Below, piece after piece: positions 18,122 to 26,752 of a stretch of 64,000 nucleotides of DNA (position 1 is its first letter; the number at the start of each line of letters is the position of its first letter). Source of the stretch: Acutalibacteraceae bacterium (GTDB taxonomy: Bacteria; Bacillota; Clostridia; Oscillospirales; Acutalibacteraceae); the NCBI GenBank assembly GCA_045639185.1, contig JAZUCO010000115.1:17573-81572 (forward strand), in the 5' to 3' direction. The notes beneath the pieces are model-generated. The model saw nothing but the letters and a program-made list of their open reading frames with translations. It made no database searches and was not told the DNA's origin. A program made the translations under genes and the position numbers.

Positions 18122-19092
18122 TTTTTTGCTATTCTGTCGTAAATGATATTCAAAATATTCATTCCTAAGTAGGAAAGTAAACAGGCAAGTCTTGTTCTGA
18201 TGCAGACATTTTTGTCTTTCAAAGCATAGGAACGATATTTTCTTATATTTGCCGTAATATGATCAATCTGATTTCTATATTTGTCAGGGTATTTTCTCAT
18301 TTTCATATATACCCAGAAGTTATTTTCAATCAATCTGTTTACTGCAGGTAAAAAGAGTACGGGATGGTTTTTTACTGTACTGATGAAATTATCTGAAAGT
18401 TCGATATAATCATAGAATTTATCATAATTATCTGTGTGCATGGCACTTTCTGAATGCTGGATATAATAATAATTCGGCTTGTAGAGGTGAGCTACGTTTT
18501 CAGCTTTCATAAAGCATTGATACATTGTAAAAGAATCTTCTCCCATATGATAAACAGGAAACCTAATATTATCGAAAATCTCTTTTTTATATAATTTACA
18601 ACAACAGGTTGCATAACATGTTTTACCATAAAGCATATCTGAGAGTGTCTCAATTCCTGTTTTTGTTGTTACGGTGCCGTATGATTTTTTTATCTTAAAA
18701 AGCTCTTCTGTTCTGCCGTCTGACCATATTTTGAACTGATTGGATGTTGTAATATCAGAATTGTATTTAACAGAGACTTCGTACATATCGCTAATATAGC
18801 AATCTGTTACATAGTCATCACCATCAATAAAACAGATATATTCACCTGATGAATTTTCAAGACCTTCATTTCTGGCAGATGATACGCCACCGTTGTTTTT
18901 GTGTAATACTTTAATTCTTGAATCTTCTGATGCGAGAGAGTCACAAAGTTTGCCTGAATTGTCGGGTGAACCGTCATCTACAAGAACAATTTCAATGTTT
19001 TTGTATGATTGTTCCATCAGGGATCTTACGCTTTTTTCAAGATACTTTTCAACATTGTATACAGGAACAATAACTGAAATCAACGGAGTCAT
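18112..19092 (-). CDS. Family 2 glycosyltransferase
   Basis: ISVIVPVYNVEKYL...VDDGSPDNS...IDGDDY, the canonical GT2 (GT-A, DxD) N-terminal domain. Confidence 0.85.
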   Translation of the reverse strand: MTPLISVIVPVYNVEKYLEKSVRSLMEQSYKNIEIVLVDDGSPDNSGKLCDSLASEDSRIKVLHKNNGGVSSARNEGLENSSGEYICFIDGDDYVTDCYISDMYEVSVKYNSDITTSNQFKIWSDGRTEELFKIKKSYGTVTTKTGIETLSDMLYGKTCYATCCCKLYKKEIFDNIRFPVYHMGEDSFTMYQCFMKAENVAHLYKPNYYYIQHSESAMHTDNYDKFYDYIELSDNFISTVKNHPVLFLPAVNRLIENNFWVYMKMRKYPDKYRNQIDHITANIRKYRSYALKDKNVCIRTRLACLLSYLGMNILNIIYDRIAKKEA

Positions 19093-20552
19093 TATGCTAC
19101 CTCTTCTGAAATAACTGCATCTTTTTGCTTCTTTGTTTTGCGTATGCCTTTGATTTTTTTTGAGAAAACCTCAATAACTATCAGACCGAACATATACTGG
19201 TAAACAAATCCAGCAATAACCTGGTTAAATTTTGACTGATAAGCAATGCCTATACTGTTAAAAAGTTCTCTTGCTGTGTCCTGATGGTAATACCATATAA
19301 CAGGCAGAGGTGTCAGGAGAAGTGCAAAACAGAAAATATATACCCAGTCAATTTCAGGTCTTTTTTTATTTGAATAGCCATTGCCTTTATCATCATAAAG
19401 GAACATTATGAACGGGATAATAAGGAATGTTAATGCATATGAACTTGATGCTGAAGGAATGTTAAGCATCAGATAAATAAGCAGGAAAATCTGCTGCCAT
19501 TTTTTCTTCACAAAGAAAAGTGATACAAAAGCAATTCCTTCTGTGATATAACATACAATATTTGCAAGTGTTGTGTTTTTGGGATCAAAAATGAAAATAA
19601 AGTTCTGAATGCTTACGCTGCTGAAATTAAGTCTTGCCTTCTTGTTTGATGCAAAAGACATAAGGTTTTCAATAATATTTGCAAGTGCTGAATTGTTTTC
19701 ACCTGAAGCAAGAATGTTGTTATTTACAATGTTTGCAAGAATTGGACTTGTGCTTGCAGAGATTGATGCTGTTTCGGGCTGAATGAAAAAAATAAATGGA
19801 AGTAATACTGCTATAAGACCGTAAACAACAAGTCTTGCAGCATCTTTGAATTTTTTTTCAAATAACAGCATAAGACCGAAAATAGCAGGATATAATTTTA
19901 TTCCGGCTGCAATTGCAAGTGAAATGTATGATAATTCTCTTATAACTTTATTTTCTGAATCTTTGAAAAATACAAAGAACATTGTAAATATCATACTAAT
20001 AATGATGATATTACCTCTTTCAAGGCAGTACATAACAGGATATGACAATATCATCAGGAATGTTATGAGCGTGTGATATGTTGCTTTCTGTTGATTATTC
20101 TGCCATTTCATTCTGTTAACGTATGAATTTATTACTGTGGACATTGACAGAATAAGAATAACCGCAAAAAGAATATAGATCATCATTGATCGCTGGTCTG
20201 ACTGCAATAAAGTTTTATGGACATTAGGCAGGTCAACCAGATCTTCAGAGATAAGAAAACCGAGCACCTTAAAAATCAAGAGGCCTAAGGGCGGATAGAT
20301 ATTGTTTCTTGCTGTATATACATCTTCTGCACCTGCATCACGGATGGAATTGAAAAAGTCCATATACAAGTCTGTGTATCTGCCGTTGTGAAACAACATT
20401 GCCTTCCATGAGTCACCACCGCTTGCAGCAGCAAGGACTGCACATACAAAGAAGCTTGCTAAGAAAAATACAATAAAAAATGTAAGCAAACCTTTTGTTG
20501 TAGTTGGTTTTTGAATTTTGTTCTTTTTGTTTTTGTAAATCTTAGTTTTCAT
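19092..20552 (-). CDS. Polytopic membrane protein, putative GT-C-type glycosyltransferase (DUF2029/ArnT-like)
   Basis: About 12 hydrophobic helices. The first loop carries YTDLYMDFF...YPPLGLL, reminiscent of GT-C enzymes. It overlaps the GT2 gene by 1 nt. ATG 20552 is preferred over the GTG at 20573. Confidence 0.5.
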   Translation of the reverse strand: MKTKIYKNKKNKIQKPTTTKGLLTFFIVFFLASFFVCAVLAAASGGDSWKAMLFHNGRYTDLYMDFFNSIRDAGAEDVYTARNNIYPPLGLLIFKVLGFLISEDLVDLPNVHKTLLQSDQRSMMIYILFAVILILSMSTVINSYVNRMKWQNNQQKATYHTLITFLMILSYPVMYCLERGNIIIISMIFTMFFVFFKDSENKVIRELSYISLAIAAGIKLYPAIFGLMLLFEKKFKDAARLVVYGLIAVLLPFIFFIQPETASISASTSPILANIVNNNILASGENNSALANIIENLMSFASNKKARLNFSSVSIQNFIFIFDPKNTTLANIVCYITEGIAFVSLFFVKKKWQQIFLLIYLMLNIPSASSSYALTFLIIPFIMFLYDDKGNGYSNKKRPEIDWVYIFCFALLLTPLPVIWYYHQDTARELFNSIGIAYQSKFNQVIAGFVYQYMFGLIVIEVFSKKIKGIRKTKKQKDAVISEEVA

Positions 20553-20588
20553 TGCAAACCCTTTCAAAAACACATAATTATTTAATTT

Positions 20589-20617
20589 ATTCTAGCATAA
20601 ACTGTATTTTTTTTCAA
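20589..20617 (-). promoter_or_regulatory. Putative promoter of the GT-C/GT2 operon
   Basis: On the minus strand: TTGAAA, 17-nt spacer ending in TGc, then TAGAAT. Confidence 0.4.
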
Positions 20618-20630
20618 CATATATTTTAAT

Positions 20631-20668
20631 TTTATAAAAAATATATCGGTGTAAATAATATTACACCG
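20631..20668 (-). terminator. Terminator after the 33-aa peptide gene
   Basis: cggtgtaa/ttacaccg stem 8 nt after the stop. On the minus strand it is followed by AUAUAUUUUUUAU. Confidence 0.6.
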
Positions 20669-20676
20669 ACAATAAA

Positions 20677-20778
20677 TTATTTTTCCAGAGTGGTAGTTTC
20701 GGGAGCTGTATATAATCCTAATTTTTCAAGAATAAATTTAAGAACATCTAAAAAATCTACAATAACCTGTACCCACAT
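20677..20778 (-). CDS. Unannotated 33-aa peptide MWVQVIVDFLDVLKFILEKLGLYTAPETTTLEK
   Basis: GAGGAGG lies 8 nt upstream of the ATG. A perfect TTGACA-17-TATAAT promoter lies upstream and a hairpin terminator downstream. The gene is too short for the ORF track. Confidence 0.6.
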   Translation of the reverse strand: MWVQVIVDFLDVLKFILEKLGLYTAPETTTLEK

Positions 20779-20805
20779 AATATTTACCTCCTCAATTTTT
20801 ACTTA

Positions 20806-20834
20806 ATTATATAAAATTTTATTAATAATGTCAA
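20806..20834 (-). promoter_or_regulatory. Consensus sigma-A promoter of the 33-aa peptide gene
   Basis: Minus strand: TTGACA (20834-20829), exactly 17 nt, TATAAT (20811-20806). The -35 box overlaps the nagA stop codon. Confidence 0.65.
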
Positions 20835-21934
20835 GAAACAAAATTACCATCTTTGATAATATTCCATATGGTAAAATCATTATTCAGAATTACAATATCT
20901 GCATTTCTGCCGATTTCAATCTTTCCGCACTTGTTATCTATATTGATAGATTCAGCAGGTATCACAGTTGCTGATGCAATTGCTGCCTCAGGCGGAACTC
21001 CAATATTGATAAGATTTTTAACCATTTCATAAATATTCATAGCGGATCCTGCCAAAGTTCCGTCTGAAAGCGTTGCAACACCTGCGTTGACATAAACATC
21101 TAAATCACCGAGTTTATATTTACCATCAGAAAAACCAGTTGCAGCCATTGAATCGGATATGATTGAAATTCTGTCTGAATAAGCTTTGAACATCATTCTG
21201 AGTATTGCAGGGTTGATGTGTATACTGTCACATATCATTTCTGCAACTGCTTCTGAATCAAAGAATGCACCTATTACACCCGGTTCTCTGTGATGAAGTC
21301 CGTTCATCGCGTTGAAAATATGTGTTATATGATCTGCACCATTATTTATTGCTTCAATTGCTGTTTTATAGTCGCATGCAGTGTGTGCTATTGAAGTTTT
21401 TCCTTTGAAATTTTTAATAAATTCCATTGCTTTTGAGTATTCAGGTGCGACATGAACAACTTTGATATCTTCTCCGAGAGAGTTTATAAAATTCATATCA
21501 GGTTCTTTTAATAATGAAACATCGTGAGCGCCGCATTTTTTTGGCGAGAGATACGGCCCTTCAAGATTTATGCCTTCAATTGTTGCACCGTTGTCATTAT
21601 TTATTGCTTTTTTGATATTGTTTACTGCTTTTTCTATGTTTTCATTACTTAATGCAACTGTTGTTGCAAGAATTGATGTAATTCCGTTCTTAAGGTAATA
21701 CTGTTGCATTTCTGCAATTTCATCAGCATTAGCAGATGAGAAATCATATCCGACGCATCCGTGTGTGTGAATATCAACAAAGCCGGGAATTATATATTTA
21801 TTTGTACAATCGATAAAATCCTCATCTGTAAAATTGCATTTATTTGTAATTTCTGAAATTTTACCATCTTTGATGTAAATTTGAACATCTGTGAATTTTT
21901 TTTCAATAAAAACTTTTGCATTTTTAAGTATCAT
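20831..21934 (-). CDS. nagA: N-acetylglucosamine-6-phosphate deacetylase
   Basis: PGFVDIHTHG metal-binding motif, amidohydrolase fold, and length and C-terminus (GRNADIVIL) typical of NagA. Confidence 0.85.
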   Translation of the reverse strand: MILKNAKVFIEKKFTDVQIYIKDGKISEITNKCNFTDEDFIDCTNKYIIPGFVDIHTHGCVGYDFSSANADEIAEMQQYYLKNGITSILATTVALSNENIEKAVNNIKKAINNDNGATIEGINLEGPYLSPKKCGAHDVSLLKEPDMNFINSLGEDIKVVHVAPEYSKAMEFIKNFKGKTSIAHTACDYKTAIEAINNGADHITHIFNAMNGLHHREPGVIGAFFDSEAVAEMICDSIHINPAILRMMFKAYSDRISIISDSMAATGFSDGKYKLGDLDVYVNAGVATLSDGTLAGSAMNIYEMVKNLINIGVPPEAAIASATVIPAESINIDNKCGKIEIGRNADIVILNNDFTIWNIIKDGNFVS

Positions 21935-22013
21935 ATTAATCACCAATACAATAATAGCATAATTGCAATAAAATTCAAATGTTTTTTTTATTGTTTTATA
22001 ACTAATTTTGTTG

Positions 22014-22042
22014 TTGCAGAATCTGAGAAGATGTATTATAAT
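22014..22042 (+). promoter_or_regulatory. Sigma-A type promoter
   Basis: TTGCAG (22014-22019), 17 nt, TATAAT (22037-22042). Confidence 0.5.
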
Positions 22043-22071
22043 GACATTAATAAGTAACAGAGGTGATTTTT

Positions 22072-23493
22072 ATGTCAATTGCAGATCTTGCTGCATCAGC
22101 TGTTAAAGCTATTTCAAAAAATAGTGCAAAATCTCTTAAGAGAAAAATGACTGCTCCTGAGATTGCAACTCATAATGTACATAAATTTGAAGCAGAAAAA
22201 TATAGTGTAGGTTTTGCTTGCAGAGAAGTTATGCCTGATGATATGGACAAAAAAGTGTACTGGATTGCAGGTCATGGTCCCGGTAAAAAAATTGAAGGTG
22301 TGCACGACCCCATTACTGTAAGCGCAATGTGGATTGGTTGCGGTGATAATGGTGGTATAATGATGATAAGTGCTGATATCATAGGTCTTACAAGAGTAGA
22401 AGTCGCCAAAGTCCGTGATATGTTCTCTGCATATTCAAAAAAGATAGGTTGCAAGAGTCTTAATATTTGTTGTACACATAATCATGCAGGTTTTGATACT
22501 GTAGGTTACTGGGGTAAATTACCAAAAACAGGTAAAGATCAATCCTATATGAATAAGCTTCTCAATTCAATTGTTGATATTTCAAAAGAAGCATATGAAA
22601 ACAGGCAGACGGGTGATCTGTATCTCGGTACATTGAATGTTCCTGAAGCTCAGTTTGACAAAAGAGAACCTATTGTTCTTCATGATGTTCTTACAAGACT
22701 CAGATTTGTCCCTGATAACGGAAGTAAAGAAACATGGTTCCTTAATTATGCTGCACATCCCAATACACTTGGCGGTAGTAACAGACATGTAAGTGCAGAT
22801 TATCCTTATTATCTCAGAAAAACAATTTATGAGAATAAAGAAGTAAACGTTCTTTTCGGTATTGGCGCTATTGGTGCAGTTGATCCCGGTGACTTTTGTG
22901 AAGACAAAGAAGAACGCACACGTCTTCAGGGTGAATGCCTCGGTAATGCTGCTCTCAGAATTGAAAATGACGAAAAGCTTGATTGTAAAATTTCAGTACT
23001 CCGTCAGCCGTTCTATTTCCCCGTTGATAATGGTGTTCTTGCATTCCTTGCTATGCTTAAGGTTATGAGCTCAAAGAGATATCCTTGCGAAAAAGGTGAT
23101 CTCGGTCTTGCACTCAAGTCTGAAATGACTTACATTAAAATCGGCAAACAGAAGATTCTTCTTCTTCCCGGAGAAAGTTTCCCTGAAACTGTTTACGGTG
23201 GATATGATACTGCAGAAAAGTCAGCTACAGGTAATGGCCCCGAAATTAATCCTACGCCTCTTGTGGAAATTGCAAAAGATGAAAATCTTCTTGTATTCGG
23301 TGTCACAAACGATATGACAGGATATGTTGTACCGCCCAATGACTTTACTTTACATAAAACTCAGCCATATCTCAGTAACGGACGAGACCGATTCGACAGA
23401 AGTCATTATCACGAAACTAATTCACTCGGTTTTAACGCATCAAAAACTATAGCAAATAATTTCGAATATATGGTTAAAACAATGGGTGAGTAA
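22072..23493 (+). CDS. Neutral/alkaline ceramidase-like superfamily hydrolase (putative)
   Basis: 473 aa. CCTHNHAGFDTVGYWG resembles the His-rich Zn motif of the neutral ceramidase N-terminal domain. The assignment is from motif memory only. Confidence 0.4.
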   Translation: MSIADLAASAVKAISKNSAKSLKRKMTAPEIATHNVHKFEAEKYSVGFACREVMPDDMDKKVYWIAGHGPGKKIEGVHDPITVSAMWIGCGDNGGIMMISADIIGLTRVEVAKVRDMFSAYSKKIGCKSLNICCTHNHAGFDTVGYWGKLPKTGKDQSYMNKLLNSIVDISKEAYENRQTGDLYLGTLNVPEAQFDKREPIVLHDVLTRLRFVPDNGSKETWFLNYAAHPNTLGGSNRHVSADYPYYLRKTIYENKEVNVLFGIGAIGAVDPGDFCEDKEERTRLQGECLGNAALRIENDEKLDCKISVLRQPFYFPVDNGVLAFLAMLKVMSSKRYPCEKGDLGLALKSEMTYIKIGKQKILLLPGESFPETVYGGYDTAEKSATGNGPEINPTPLVEIAKDENLLVFGVTNDMTGYVVPPNDFTLHKTQPYLSNGRDRFDRSHYHETNSLGFNASKTIANNFEYMVKTMGE

Positions 23494-23508
23494 CTCTGGA
23501 AATTTATA

Positions 23509-23538
23509 GAGAGAAGAAATTTCTTCTCTCTTTTTTTT
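23509..23538 (+). terminator. Rho-independent terminator
   Basis: gagagaagaa/ttcttctctc stem followed by T8. Confidence 0.75.
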
Positions 23539-23542
23539 ATCT

Positions 23543-23570
23543 AAAAAAGCCGCTCGTAAAGAGCGACTTT
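23543..23570 (-). terminator. Terminator of the beta-helix protein gene
   Basis: Imperfect gccgctc/gagcgac stem. On the minus strand it is followed by UUUUUU. Confidence 0.5.
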
Positions 23571-23585
23571 AATCTGAATTCAATA

Positions 23586-25211
23586 TCAATCGAACAAATT
23601 CATAATTTCATGAACAAGTGTTTCAAAAAGATTTTTGATAAATCTGATAATTCTTTCAACTGTTGTTTCTGCTGTATATTCTGCGTCAACACCGTTACCG
23701 CCATAACAACCGATGTTGTTGCTTGTAATTGGGTTGCCGAAGAAGTCTGTTGTGAGACCATCGTCAATTTTTATGCCGGCACCGATGAGAGGAGAGTCTT
23801 TTGAAAGTACAAAGCTGAGGATTTCATCTGTGTCTGTACCTGCAAAACCGGGAATTGTGTTTATTGAGTTTGTTGCAACAAGAGGTGAAAGTGCGTTGTA
23901 GAAGCAATTATTTGTGATTTTGTTGCCTCTGAAGATGTTATCGGCATCATATGCAAAAGTTTCATAATCGTTCATAACAAAGATATTGTTGGCTACGATT
24001 GAGTTATACATATTCTTGAGATGGAATGAGGCAGAATTTATGATTGTGTTGTTATAGAAATTGAGTTCATGTTCGCCTGCAGAGCCGACAGCAGTAGTGC
24101 TTCTGCCTCCGTTGTCGTTGATTGAGAGACAGTAACGAACAGTGTTGCCGTGATGACCGCTGTAATTAGGGTTGTTACAGACAAATCTCATATTGTCATG
24201 AGAGTAGATATACTGATAGGTACAGTTGTGTGAATATGAGTCGAAGTCAACAGTCATGCCGTCACCGTAGTTTTTCTGACCTGCAATTTCGCAATACTGA
24301 ACAGTACTGTTTACACTGCCCCAGAACCAACAAGCTGCAGTAAAGAACTGAATTTCACCGTTTTCATCAAGACCTTCACCCTGACAAGTGTCGATCATAC
24401 GGCAGTTTGTAACGAGCGCACCGTCGCATATGCCGATGAGTATAGCTTCAGCATCCATATCGTGAAGGTAACAATCTGTGATAAGAAGACCTTCGTTGAA
24501 TACAGGATCAATATCTTTTTCATCTTCTACCCATGCGTTGCCTTCCTCATTCCAGGAACCCCAGATTATGAAGCCATTAGCAATGTTATCAACTTCACAA
24601 TTGCTGATTGTGAGATCATTTACAGGGTATCTTGATGCTTTAGGGAATGACTTTACCATAACAGCAGCTCTTGCAACAGCTGCACCGCTCTGACAATCTG
24701 AACGACCTGTTACTTTTCCGTTAGGCATATCGTGGAAATAAATATTATCAAGAGTGATTCCTTCTGATGTTTTGTTTTTTGTATTTATCCATATGCCGCC
24801 ACCGTTAGGAGCAGTGATTTCAAGATCTGAAATTGTGATATATGAACTGTCTACAAGTGTTATAACTTCAGTAGGTAAGTCAGTACGGAGAATTGCAGCT
24901 TCGCCTTCACCATATGATGAAATGATAATGGGATTTTCTTTTGTACCCTGCCAATCAGTGATTACTATCGGGTCTGAATATGTACCGCCGTTTCTGAAAA
25001 GGAAAGTGTCGCCAGGGTTAACGCTTTCAAGTCTAAGGCCGTAAATAGTTTTTACAGCATCTTCGGGACTCATTGCGCTGTTTTCATCATTACCGTTTAT
25101 TGAGTCTATGTAGTATGTCTTTGCTGTGTTTGCAAAAGATAAAATACTCATACAGCCAAAAAGAATACTGATAGTAAGTACAATACTTAATAATTTGAAT
25201 GATTTTTTCAT
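23586..25211 (-). CDS. Secreted right-handed parallel beta-helix repeat protein (pectate-lyase fold, possible polysaccharide-active enzyme)
   Basis: Signal peptide MKKSFKLLSIVLTISILFGCMSILSFA. Repeated short I/V-x-N/D-C/N turns (ITISDLEI, LTISNCEV, LITDCYL, LVTNCRM, VQYCEI) are typical of beta-helix coils. Confidence 0.65.
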   Translation of the reverse strand: MKKSFKLLSIVLTISILFGCMSILSFANTAKTYYIDSINGNDENSAMSPEDAVKTIYGLRLESVNPGDTFLFRNGGTYSDPIVITDWQGTKENPIIISSYGEGEAAILRTDLPTEVITLVDSSYITISDLEITAPNGGGIWINTKNKTSEGITLDNIYFHDMPNGKVTGRSDCQSGAAVARAAVMVKSFPKASRYPVNDLTISNCEVDNIANGFIIWGSWNEEGNAWVEDEKDIDPVFNEGLLITDCYLHDMDAEAILIGICDGALVTNCRMIDTCQGEGLDENGEIQFFTAACWFWGSVNSTVQYCEIAGQKNYGDGMTVDFDSYSHNCTYQYIYSHDNMRFVCNNPNYSGHHGNTVRYCLSINDNGGRSTTAVGSAGEHELNFYNNTIINSASFHLKNMYNSIVANNIFVMNDYETFAYDADNIFRGNKITNNCFYNALSPLVATNSINTIPGFAGTDTDEILSFVLSKDSPLIGAGIKIDDGLTTDFFGNPITSNNIGCYGGNGVDAEYTAETTVERIIRFIKNLFETLVHEIMNLFD

Positions 25212-25327
25212 TTTGATTTCTCCTTTCGGAATCTTCTTGCATATATATTATCACTTAAACAATTAATAATCAATATAAATTACCCAAATTTAAATTATAG
25301 TAATCTTAAAAAAATTAAATAAAACTC

Positions 25328-25355
25328 TTGACAAATTAACTTTTTGTGCTATAAT
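25328..25355 (+). promoter_or_regulatory. Promoter of the tRNA pair
   Basis: TTGACA (25328-25333), 16-nt spacer ending TGc, TATAAT (25350-25355). This is an extended -10. Confidence 0.65.
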
Positions 25356-25374
25356 AATTTAGCAACAGAGATTT

Positions 25375-25451
25375 GGGCCATTAGCTCAGTTGGTTAGAGC
25401 AACCGGCTCATAACCGGTTGGTCCGGGGTTCGAGTCCCTGATGGTCCACCA
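25375..25451 (+). tRNA. tRNA with CAU anticodon (Met, or more likely lysidine-dependent Ile2)
   Basis: GGGCCATTAGCTCAGTTGGTTAGAGCAACCGGCTCATAACCGGTTGGTCCGGGGTTCGAGTCCCTGATGGTCCACCA. The GGxCC...GGTCCACCA acceptor and TTGGTTAGAGC D-arm resemble Bacillus tRNA-Ile2(CAU) as I recall it. Confidence 0.85.
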
Positions 25452-25460
25452 AGTTAATAT

Positions 25461-25536
25461 AGGGGTATAGCTCAGTTGGTAGAGCAGCGGTCTCCAAAAC
25501 CGCGTGCCGAGGGTTCGAGCCCTTCTGCCCCTGCCA
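25461..25536 (+). tRNA. tRNA-Trp (anticodon CCA)
   Basis: AGGGGTATAGCTCAGTTGGTAGAGCAGCGGTCTCCAAAACCGCGTGCCGAGGGTTCGAGCCCTTCTGCCCCTGCCA. Anticodon loop is CUCCAAA. Confidence 0.9.
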
Positions 25537-25543
25537 TAAAGAA

Positions 25544-25572
25544 ACAGTTCTGAATAATCAGAGCTGTTTTTT
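25544..25572 (+). terminator. Terminator after tRNA-Trp
   Basis: 10-bp stem acagttctga/tcagagctgt (one G-U pair) followed by a T-run. Confidence 0.7.
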
Positions 25573-25684
25573 ATTGTTTAATTATGACTTTATTTCTGAG
25601 TTGAAGAAGATAATTATGTCTTTGCCCTGGGATGAAGCAAGAGCGCTTGAAAATGATATAGAAACACTTGATTAAATAAGAGCA

Positions 25685-25867
25685 ATGGCAGAAACTGCGG
25701 CGGCAGGGGAGACCATGGCACAGCTTATCAAGGAAAATCATAATCTGCGTGTTGCAAATGCGTTGCTTAAAAAAGAGCTGCAGCTTACACAATGCAAAAT
25801 GATATCATTTGATAATGCCAAGGAAATAGCAAAATATCTGACAACAGAATACAGCTCTGAATATTGA
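25685..25867 (+). CDS. Hypothetical small coiled-coil protein (60 aa, or 50 aa from the second ATG)
   Basis: The ORF ends 1 nt before a strong plus-oriented terminator. The RBS is weak. It is in frame with a 19-codon ORF at 25616-25675 across a single TAA. Confidence 0.3.
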   Translation: MAETAAAGETMAQLIKENHNLRVANALLKKELQLTQCKMISFDNAKEIAKYLTTEYSSEY

Positions 25868-25907
25868 GTACAGCGCAGATTTTGAAAAATCTGCGCTGTA
25901 CTTTTTT
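25868..25907 (+). terminator. Rho-independent terminator (13-bp stem)
   Basis: gtacagcgcagat/atctgcgctgtac stem followed by TTTTTT. It abuts the stop of the convergent lipoprotein gene. Confidence 0.8.
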
Positions 25908-26730
25908 ATTCTGTAAAACCGTTATTAAATGTAATTGTATTGAGTATTTCAACAGATGTTTTATCAACAGTTGAACCTGCTACGGAAAAATCTGTAAGAT
26001 TAATTGTTACAGTATAGAACCAAGTACCGTTGATAATCTTTCCGCTTTCATCTATAGTGACATTTACATATGCATTTTTGTATGTCATAGAAATATTTTC
26101 ATCTGAAATTTCAAGTGGGAGACCTGAGTCAGACAATTGACCCATAACTGAGCTTAAATCACCGATAACAGATATCGCATGACCTACGCTGCCGCTGTTT
26201 ATATCTGTATTTACAGTGTCTGTCTGCTCATTCATTGTAAGTTTCAATGATTTTGTAGTACTGTTTGTTTTTATCTCTGCAGATTTCACATCACTTTCAG
26301 TCATATTCTCATAACCGCCTGTAATACCGTTAAATTCTGTTGAATTTGCAGAAACAACACCTGAAATAATTGGTTTTACCATGTTGATAATGCTGTTTGC
26401 AAAACCTGAGCCGTCATTTATTGTGATGGAATTTAGTGAAATATTCTGTACAGATACGACGGAATCGGTCGTCTTTTTTGCCGCATTGATATATGTGCTA
26501 ATTATCTCAGCTTTGCTCAGAGGTGCTTCTGTAGGACTGTTAACACTATTATCAGGTGTCTGAATTGCCTGATTTGTAGTATTATCTGCATTGCTTGTAG
26601 TTGTTGGTTGTGTTGATGCAGTTGTGTTCTGATTTATATTGTCAGTATCTGTATCTGCAGGTGTCTTTATGCAACCGGTTAATGTAAGAATAAGTAAGAT
26701 TGCTAATGCAACTGACAAATTTTTTTTCAT
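25906..26730 (-). CDS. Lipoprotein, function unknown
   Basis: MKKNLSVALAILLILTLTGC lipobox, then a T/N/Q/D-rich linker. GGAGGCG precedes ATG 26730. The longer ORF-track version would overlap ung. Confidence 0.7.
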   Translation of the reverse strand: MKKNLSVALAILLILTLTGCIKTPADTDTDNINQNTTASTQPTTTSNADNTTNQAIQTPDNSVNSPTEAPLSKAEIISTYINAAKKTTDSVVSVQNISLNSITINDGSGFANSIINMVKPIISGVVSANSTEFNGITGGYENMTESDVKSAEIKTNSTTKSLKLTMNEQTDTVNTDINSGSVGHAISVIGDLSSVMGQLSDSGLPLEISDENISMTYKNAYVNVTIDESGKIINGTWFYTVTINLTDFSVAGSTVDKTSVEILNTITFNNGFTE

Positions 26731-26752
26731 TATTTTTACGCCTCCGAAAAAG

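Noticed and set aside
18112-19092. Interpreting the GT2 as a GtrB/CsbB-type polyprenyl-phosphate sugar synthase in a three-component glycosylation system
   Set aside because: The N-terminal motifs are of the polysaccharide GT2 type. There is at most one C-terminal hydrophobic segment rather than the two TM helices of GtrB-like enzymes, and no GtrA-like flippase gene is adjacent.
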